Source of the DNA: an uncultured Oligoflexus sp.
GTDB lineage: Bacteria > Bdellovibrionota_B > Oligoflexia > Oligoflexales > Oligoflexaceae
Length of the DNA stretch: 23,673 bases
Direction: 5' to 3'
Assembly (NCBI GenBank): GCA_964236955.1
Contig: CAXSGP010000076.1
Coordinates: forward strand, 1 to 23,673
Shown: positions 17,248-23,673 of the stretch, piece by piece
Layout: the number at the start of each line of letters is the position of its first letter
Numbering within the stretch: the stretch's first letter is position 1
Program-made: the position numbers and the translations under genes
Notes under the pieces: generated by a model
The model's input: the letters and a program-made list of their open reading frames with translations, nothing else
Told to the model about the DNA's origin: nothing
Database searches by the model: none

Positions 17248-18938
17248 TCAATGCAGAAAGGGCTTATGGGCTTCATCCTGATAATGGGCCAGAGTGTTGA
17301 CGAGTTTATCCCTGTCGATGGGTTTTGAAAGAAAATCGTCAAAACCCGCTCTTTGAGCTTTTACCCGGTCTTCGATCTGGGTATGAGCCGTTAGAGCGAT
17401 GATAGGGGTTTTACAGCCCTTCATCCGCAGGTGGGTGGTGACCGTATAGCCATCCATATGCGGAAGCTGGATATCCATAAGGATAGCGTCGTAGGTCTGT
17501 TTCGCAACGGCACGAATTGCCTCTTCGCCATTTTCCACGCATTCGACTATAGCCCCGGCTTTTTTCAACAGCCGCGAAAGAATGAGCCTATTGTCTTCAC
17601 CATCTTCAACGACGAGCACCTTAAGCCCGGCCAATGAGCCGATATCCATTAAAACCGGCTTCTCGCCCAGAAGTCCTTCCTCTGAAAGCAGGGGATCGGC
17701 TGATTGGATAGCATTGATTTCAACGTGGGGATCGATCGTGATTCGAAAGGTTGACCCAATCCCGATCTCACTCCTTAGCAATTGTACTCCGCCCCCAAGA
17801 CCCTCCCCCAATCGCCGGGCCAGGGAAAGTCCAAACCCGGCACCATTAAGACTCTGGTTTTCAGTGCCCTCATCTATGGCAAAAGGCTGGAAAAGCAGCG
17901 CGAATTGGTCAGAAGAGATGCCGCGACCGCTATCGGTGACATCGATATGCAAATAGCTGCCCGGATCTTCCTGAAGGGTCTTAGGCACCATCGAGACCTG
18001 GACCTTCACCGTGCCCCGTTCCGTAAATTTCACGGCGTTGCCGATGATATTCACCAGAATTTTTCGAAAGCGCAGGGGATCGGTAAGCACTTTTAAAGGC
18101 AGAGGGGTAAGCGACTCGTATTTAAGCTGGAGATCCTTTTCACTCGCCATTGATTCAAATTCGGCAAGTATCTTCAAGACCTCTGCCTCTATCATAAAAT
18201 CCAAATTTTCCATATTCATACTCCCCACTTCAAACTTGGCAAGATCGAGCAAATCTTCAAACGAGGCCATAAGACCAAAGCCGTTGCGGTGAATGCTAGC
18301 CAGATCCTCTTGTAATTCCTCGTCAGGATCAGGCCGCCCCAGCATGAGATCCGCAAAACCCAGTATGACCCCAAATGTGGGGTCTTTAAACAGTGACCAT
18401 TATGTGCAAAGATTTTCCGTTGCCCATCTTTATTTTCAATACGGTCTGTTGCGGCCGCTCCATCTCTTCTTGCGCGATGATCTCTGGCCCGCTGCAGCTG
18501 ATCAACCGGAGAGTCGTCGCAGTCGGGGCTTTTTCGCGCGCCGCTGACCACAGAAAGAATATAACATGGTTCGCCGGGATAGCTCGTCCAGGAGCTGCTC
18601 TTCAATTGAAAGCCGACCAAACCTCTCTTTGAATTCACGACTAACAAATCATTTAATACCGACTTTTGCCGGCTTCCGCACTCGGAAAGATGACTTGAAA
18701 ATATCAGCTGTGATGAATCGACGAAACTATCGCTAAAATATTGATTCTGAGTCTCCTCTGACTAAAGGCCTAGGCAGTCCGCAGCAGCGCGAATCATATC
18801 TAACATTACACCATCGCTCGAAAATGTTATCAGTCCTAATGGCGCAATTCGATAAGCACGCTGATGATAAGCTAAAGCTTCAGTGAGCTGCTTTATCTGG
18901 GCTTTGAGTCTATGGTTTTGTGTTTGCAGGTGCACCAT
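17248..18938 (-). pseudogene. Disrupted PAS-HisKA-HATPase-REC hybrid sensor histidine kinase; the C-terminal HATPase-REC part (17248-18345) is still open
   Basis: From ATG 18938 a PAS-like segment reads LQTQNHRL...AYRIAPLGLITFSSDG...AADCLG, with an in-frame TAG at 18764-18762. A degenerate H-box FAHNGHCLKTP is followed by a frameshift near 18376-18379 into FGVILGFADLML. N box NIIGNAVKFT, G1 DSGRGI, F box LFQPF, G2 GAGFGLSL, and REC VVED/LMDIQLP/LTA/SKP follow. The original start may lie near 19000. Confidence 0.82.
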
Positions 18939-19393
18939 CTCGTCGTGGAAAACGGTACAATTTGCTGCCTTAAAGCATCCTATTTAAGATTATTCAAATG
19001 GATTGGTATCCTCTCACAATTGCTTAGCAATTTAATCCTATCACGACATAACATGTGAGGCCCTTTCTGATTTCTCTCTATAGCAAACGGAGGACTACCG
19101 ACTCAATGGGTGCAAAATTTTGGCCGCTCCTTATCGATAAAGCCCCCCCAGTCTCCCCACACTCTACAGAACGCTATCGAGCAGGCATATCCATAGCCTT
19201 TTGCTGTTAAACCACCCACGCTAGATAGCCACCGAGCATTGATACCTGTAGGGCGTCACCAACAAGTAGAGTATTTTTCTCCGTTCATGCAACGATTTGC
19301 CAACAGCTGAATGCGCCTTCAATTTCCTCTTTTTACTGACGGCGAAACGGGGCGGGTCCCAGACTTGAGTTCATTGGCAAACCCTGAGCAGAA

Positions 19394-19446
19394 CGGCCTC
19401 TGTATTGCTCAGCGCCGCCGTTGAAAAGAGTGGCAAGATTCGTGCA
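19394..19446 (+). promoter_or_regulatory. Two tandem candidate sigma54 -24/-12 promoters for the 19632-22732 operon
   Basis: CGGCCTCTGTATTGCT at 19394-19409 and TGGCAAGATTCGTGCA at 19431-19446, both exact GG-N10-GC. Confidence 0.5.
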
Positions 19447-19631
19447 CAGCAGTTTTATGAACCAACCTATCCAGAGGAGCGTTTCATATGATTAGAGGCT
19501 TGGAACACCCCCTTGCCATGCTTACCGGCCTACCCTGGGCCTCGCCTGGCTAGGGAACGGGACAGGGAACTTGAACTTTGCCGCCCAAAAAACTATTTAC
19601 CAACAATATCAATCGAATATCTGGAGTCTAT

Positions 19632-20381
19632 ATGCAACGCAATGTAGCTGGAATTGAGAGACTTGCCTCCCTAATCCTGGGTGGCTTAAGTCTTAGTCAA
19701 ACACTTAGTAGCAAACGATCGACAGCATTGCGCACGGCCGCCGGTAGCATGGGACTGGCGCTTCTGTGGCGAGGTGCAAGTGGAAGCTGTCCGATTTATT
19801 CGAGCCTAGATATCTCAACAGCGACTAAGGGCCAGTCCCTAATGGGCCCAGATCTGCTTGAAAGAAGCTCACTCGTCAACCTACCGATCGACGAAGTTCG
19901 TTCCTTTTTAGAAATGGAAGAAACTCCCTACGGACTCTTTGACAGCGGCATTATTGACGATCAGTATCAGATCAATATCGATGACCGAACCTGGACTTTA
20001 AGCCTGAGCCCCCACGCTGATCATGAAAGAACTTTGATCAAAGCCAGCTGGGTTCAAAATCCCTCTCCATCATTAGAAACCCAGGACGAGCCGATAGATC
20101 CGGGCACTTTGGGGCGAAGTCCAAAGTCGGCTCGAATGCTTGAACTTCGTAAACTCAAGTCATTGATGGAGACAGGCGAGATCGCTACAATCGAAGGCCA
20201 ATCTCACGGAGAACGCAGCCCTATCGGCAAGCTCGTCGAAAAATTTGGAGACTTCCTTTTGGAGAAGGTGCAGAGCAAGACAGCTCTTAGCAGTCCAAAC
20301 GATCTTCACCCAATTCGGGAAGACGCAGCACGCTTATCTTATCCCTTTGAATCTAATCCTAAGAGAAAGGCTCACGCATGA
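19632..20381 (+). CDS. DUF2892 (YgaP-like) membrane domain fused to a shortened SRPBCC/cyclase-like domain
   Basis: Start ATG 19632 after GGAG. N-terminal NVAGIERLASLILGG and LLWRGASGSCPIYSSL. C-terminal LRKLKSLMETGEIATIEGQSHG. ATGA overlap with the next gene. Confidence 0.8.
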   Translation: MQRNVAGIERLASLILGGLSLSQTLSSKRSTALRTAAGSMGLALLWRGASGSCPIYSSLDISTATKGQSLMGPDLLERSSLVNLPIDEVRSFLEMEETPYGLFDSGIIDDQYQINIDDRTWTLSLSPHADHERTLIKASWVQNPSPSLETQDEPIDPGTLGRSPKSARMLELRKLKSLMETGEIATIEGQSHGERSPIGKLVEKFGDFLLEKVQSKTALSSPNDLHPIREDAARLSYPFESNPKRKAHA

Positions 20382-21547
20382 AAGCTCTCACCTGGCAGGG
20401 ACGCGACAAGGTCGGCATTGAGCAAGTTCCTGATCCTCGTATTTTAAATCGTAGTGACGCCATTATAAAAGTCAGCAGTACGGCGATCTGCGGGTCTGAC
20501 CTTCATCTCTATGGGGGTCGGGTGCCAAGCCTTCTCAAAGGTGACATTCTCGGTCATGAATTTATGGGTGAAGTGGTTGAAATCGGCCGTGACGTAAAGC
20601 ACCTAAAGCTGGGTGATAGAGTTGTGGTTCCTTTCAACATTGCCTGCGGGCAGTGCTATTTCTGTGAACGCAAGATGTTTTCCGCCTGCGATAACTCCAA
20701 TCCCAATCCAGCCATTTCCCTTATGGCCACTGGCCAGGCGACTTCGGCTCTCTTTGGATATACCCACATGTGCGGCGGCTACGCCGGCGGTCAAGCAGAA
20801 TTTGTTCGTGTACCTTATGCCGATATTGGACCTATGGTCGTTCCAAATAATATCGACGATGAGATGGTGCTGTTTTTGTCCGATATTTTTCCTACCGGAT
20901 ATATGGCCGCAGAAAACTGTGAGATCAAAGCGGGCGATACTGTGGCCGTATGGGGTGCCGGACCGGTTGGACAGTTTGCAATACGAAGCGCCTTCCTGTT
21001 AGGTGCCGGTCGTGTCTTTGCTATTGATCGATTTCCCGAGCGGCTAGAACTTGCCAGGCAAGGGGGAGCGGAAACCATCAATTACGAAATTGATGACGTC
21101 TATGAAACCCTGCAGTATGAAACGGGCGGCCAAGGACCTGATTCCTGCATTGATGCTGTCGGTATGGAAGCTCATGGCCATTCTATTGACGCTTTGATGG
21201 ATGACGCGAAGGCCATGTTACGTCTTCAGCCGGATCGTGCCCATGCCTTACGTCAAGCGATAAGGGCCTGCCGTAAAGGGGGTATTGTTTCGGTGCCTGG
21301 AGTTTATATAGGGTTTATCGATAAATTTAATTTTGGGATGGCATTTAACAAAGGCATAAAATTCAAGACGGGTCAGACCCATACTCATAATTATATGCGC
21401 CCTCTTCTTGATCGCATCCTAAATGGCGAAATTGATCCGTCTTTCGTCATCAGTCATAGACTGAGCCTCGACGAAGCCCCGGAGGGCTATAAGATGTTCA
21501 AAGAAAAACAAGATAGCTGCACAAAGATAGTCATGCACCTGCATTAA
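20378..21547 (+). CDS. Zinc-dependent alcohol/formaldehyde dehydrogenase-like MDR enzyme (YbdR-like)
   Basis: Catalytic Zn motifs ICGSDLH and GHEFMG, structural Zn CGQCYFC...C, LSDIFPTG, NAD-binding GAGPVG, and CIDAVGMEAHG. Confidence 0.95.
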   Translation: MKALTWQGRDKVGIEQVPDPRILNRSDAIIKVSSTAICGSDLHLYGGRVPSLLKGDILGHEFMGEVVEIGRDVKHLKLGDRVVVPFNIACGQCYFCERKMFSACDNSNPNPAISLMATGQATSALFGYTHMCGGYAGGQAEFVRVPYADIGPMVVPNNIDDEMVLFLSDIFPTGYMAAENCEIKAGDTVAVWGAGPVGQFAIRSAFLLGAGRVFAIDRFPERLELARQGGAETINYEIDDVYETLQYETGGQGPDSCIDAVGMEAHGHSIDALMDDAKAMLRLQPDRAHALRQAIRACRKGGIVSVPGVYIGFIDKFNFGMAFNKGIKFKTGQTHTHNYMRPLLDRILNGEIDPSFVISHRLSLDEAPEGYKMFKEKQDSCTKIVMHLH

Positions 21548-21610
21548 TCTTAAACCCAGACAGAGGTCAAGGCGACCTCCTCCCCGCTAACCTAGAAGGG
21601 AAAGTTTTTT

Positions 21611-22732
21611 ATGCAAATAACCGAGCAGGAAAAACGTGATGCGGTTGGAATTGAACTCGCCGACATTCTGTATCGTCAGTCCATGATTCTTAAATGCAAT
21701 GAGACTCTGCACTTTACAGAAGCTGATGCGGTGTCGGAAGTATTCAAATCCACGGCGCAGGAAGATGAAAAGAACTTTCGTCTAATCGAAACGGCCGTCG
21801 GCAATTTCGGTTTGAGACGGGAGCCGAAAAGCGGCTCGGTGATACTGACCGATGCCTTCTGTGAGCTGATTGAGGATCATCTCACCTTGCCCATAGAAAA
21901 GCTTTCAGCTTATTTACTGCTCAAGCAAAATCAGGCCATATGTAGTAATTTACTTCATAAATCAGTGCAGATATCAAAGGCCGATATCAAGGCGGCTCTA
22001 GCGCCATTAGATGGGGTCCATGCAATCTTAATTCGGCAGTTAAGCGAACTCAATGCCCATCTGGAACAGACAGGTGTGGAATGGATTACGGGAGAGGCGC
22101 CATCTACGGGATTTTTCGGAAGGGTCAGGGATGTGGCAGCCAACGCCCTTGGTGGTGTCATGGCCAAAGTCGCGAAACCGGCCGATGAGATGTTAGTACT
22201 CGATATTTTAAAAATAGATCATAGAAAGGCCGAAGCCCTTTTCAACGAGATTCGGGACTCGAAGGACAAATACGAAGCTTTCGATCTTTTCAATCAGTTG
22301 AAGGCCGATATTACGGCCCATTCCGAGGCCGAAGAGGAAACGGTTTATCGGCGCTTTCTGAAAATACCCGAGCTCAAGAAGAAACTGGACGATGCTTGGC
22401 GTGATCATGTGAAGATGCGGGCGATCATAGATTCCATATCCCATACTAAAAACAACCACAACCTCTTCCTCAGTTTGGTATCGGATTTGGAAAATCTGGT
22501 CAAACATCATGTTGAAGAAGAGGAAGGCGAGATATTTAATCTCATTAGGAATAACAGCGACCAGATTGAATTGGTCCAGCTATCCCACGCTTTTATGCAG
22601 CACAAGCAAAAAGTGCAGGAATCGATCAGTACTCACGGCATCAACTCACCGGTCAGCGGGATGATGAAACCGACAAGGTCTCAAGGGCAGGGCGATGCCC
22701 TATCACCTTCTGCACACCCCCTCCATCCGTGA
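21611..22732 (+). CDS. Hemerythrin (HHE) domain protein with an N-terminal helical, ferritin-like region
   Basis: C-terminal DHRKAEALF, AHSEAEEETVY, DHVKM and HHVEEEEGEIF give the H, HxxxE, H, HxxxE ligand set. The N-terminal ~190 aa appear helical. Confidence 0.88.
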   Translation: MQITEQEKRDAVGIELADILYRQSMILKCNETLHFTEADAVSEVFKSTAQEDEKNFRLIETAVGNFGLRREPKSGSVILTDAFCELIEDHLTLPIEKLSAYLLLKQNQAICSNLLHKSVQISKADIKAALAPLDGVHAILIRQLSELNAHLEQTGVEWITGEAPSTGFFGRVRDVAANALGGVMAKVAKPADEMLVLDILKIDHRKAEALFNEIRDSKDKYEAFDLFNQLKADITAHSEAEEETVYRRFLKIPELKKKLDDAWRDHVKMRAIIDSISHTKNNHNLFLSLVSDLENLVKHHVEEEEGEIFNLIRNNSDQIELVQLSHAFMQHKQKVQESISTHGINSPVSGMMKPTRSQGQGDALSPSAHPLHP

Positions 22733-22762
22733 GTGTCTAAGTTTTAAAAAGGTCCCATAAAA

Positions 22763-22790
22763 GAGTTTGAGCGTAATAACGCTCAAACTC
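22763..22790. terminator. Bidirectional intrinsic terminator
   Basis: Perfect 12-bp stem GAGTTTGAGCGT-AATA-ACGCTCAAACTC between converging genes, with T-runs on both strands. It overlaps the isochorismatase stop codon. Confidence 0.85.
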
Positions 22791-23415
22791 ACTTTTTCTT
22801 ACCTAAGGACTGACTCAAGCTTCGAAGATTCAAACTCGAAGCCTTAAGGACTCTCGCTTTAAAAGATTCTTTCATAAGACTTAAGGAATCACTCTTCTTT
22901 TTTCTTGAAAACGATGCAATACAGTCTTCAGGAAGGATTATATTATAGTCACGCACATAGGCGTCAGCCGCAGTAAACAGTATACAGCTTTCAGCAGTCA
23001 GGCCGGTCAAGATTAAAGTTTTAGTTTTGAGTGAGCGTAATACGATATCCAAGGGACTGGCGTAAAAGGCGGAATGCTTCGGCTTCAGAATATAATAGTC
23101 TTCCGGACTTGGCAGTATTTTTGTGACACTTTGCCTCGTGATTGAATCTTCGTTTAGGCAGGCCTCAAGGTGCTGGTTGAGATTCGATCGCCATTTTCCA
23201 AAGTTGTCGTTGACATAAATAATAGGAATTTTTGCTGCGCGGGCCCGACCCAGCAATTTTTCTAGATTATGACTCATCTTCCGATATGGATTAAGCAAAT
23301 CCTCTCCACCGGCAAAATTTAATTGGTTGATGACATCAATCAGCAATAAGGCGAGAGAATTACGGTCTGGCACGCTGCCATGCAGGTCGGATTCGATTCC
23401 CTTCACTTCTCCCAT
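22789..23415 (-). CDS. Isochorismatase-family cysteine hydrolase
   Basis: Motifs ALLLIDVIN (Asp), IYVNDNFG, KPKHSAFY (Lys) and LTGLTAESCILFTA.DAYVR (Cys). Confidence 0.92.
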   Translation of the reverse strand: MGEVKGIESDLHGSVPDRNSLALLLIDVINQLNFAGGEDLLNPYRKMSHNLEKLLGRARAAKIPIIYVNDNFGKWRSNLNQHLEACLNEDSITRQSVTKILPSPEDYYILKPKHSAFYASPLDIVLRSLKTKTLILTGLTAESCILFTAADAYVRDYNIILPEDCIASFSRKKKSDSLSLMKESFKARVLKASSLNLRSLSQSLGKKK

Positions 23416-23421
23416 GACCCT

Positions 23422-23553
23422 TCACTTTCCGATAGCCAATTGTATGAAAGAAATCAGCCAGGTGTTTTGCCTGGCTAAACCATAGCCCGTGGCCAGACAA
23501 AGGCCCAGACTATGAGCATAAAGAAAGCCGTGGCTGGATTTTATGGTTTTCAT
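23422..23553 (-). CDS. Putative 43-aa small protein upstream of the isochorismatase
   Basis: ATG 23553 with a GAGGT SD 4 nt upstream. The stop lies 6 nt before the next ATG. Moderately hydrophobic. Confidence 0.4.
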   Translation of the reverse strand: MKTIKSSHGFLYAHSLGLCLATGYGLARQNTWLISFIQLAIGK

Positions 23554-23673
23554 AAGTACCTCGCGATGAAAGGTATAAGCTTTACACTCTAGTTCCTGTC
23601 CAGAATTTGCCGTCACTGCGTTAGTTAGTTTCTGTCCGGAAATGGGGATGGCAAGGCGCGAGGCAGAAAAAAA

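Noticed and set aside
18216..18647. 143-aa ORF as an independent gene
   Set aside because: It is the segment of the broken kinase between the TAG and the frameshift, with an out-of-frame tail.
19288..19302. TGGCAAATCGTTGCA on the minus strand upstream of the kinase, and TGGAACACCCCCTTGC at 19501-19516 on the plus strand
   Set aside because: Spacings are GG-N9-GC and GG-N11-GC, whereas sigma54 needs exactly N10. The first could be a decayed promoter, but I cannot support that.
1..23673. CRISPR arrays, tRNA/rRNA, transposases/integrases, prophage or recognisable defence genes
   Set aside because: No regularly spaced repeats, cloverleaf patterns or relevant protein motifs were seen by eye.

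Overview
Bacterial chromosomal accessory region of roughly mid-range GC. The gene content (exported protease lipoproteins, a CxxCH/DUF1501 cassette, free Hpt and REC proteins) suggests a Bdellovibrionota/Oligoflexia-like or myxobacteria-like host, which is inference only. Left to right it holds: a broken reading frame at the left edge; a divergent DoxX-like/HxlR pair; a minus-strand three-gene exported cassette (di-CxxCH protein, Cys-rich lipoprotein, Tat-exported DUF1501-like protein) behind a sigma28-like promoter; a HAD phosphatase; a Tat-signal tyrosinase pseudogene missed by the ORF track; a YprB-like exonuclease; a DUF2383 + GSP26-like stress pair; three lipoproteins (metzincin, COG4798-like methyltransferase, trypsin); an orphan ORF; a phosphorelay set (Hpt, OmpR-type regulator, single REC, broken PAS-hybrid kinase) with a GNAT; a DUF2892/SRPBCC-like + Zn-dehydrogenase + hemerythrin operon; and an isochorismatase-family gene. 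Both stress operons carry candidate sigma54 -24/-12 promoters. I saw no rRNA, tRNA, CRISPR or mobile element. Family calls come from motif recognition by eye, not from database searches.
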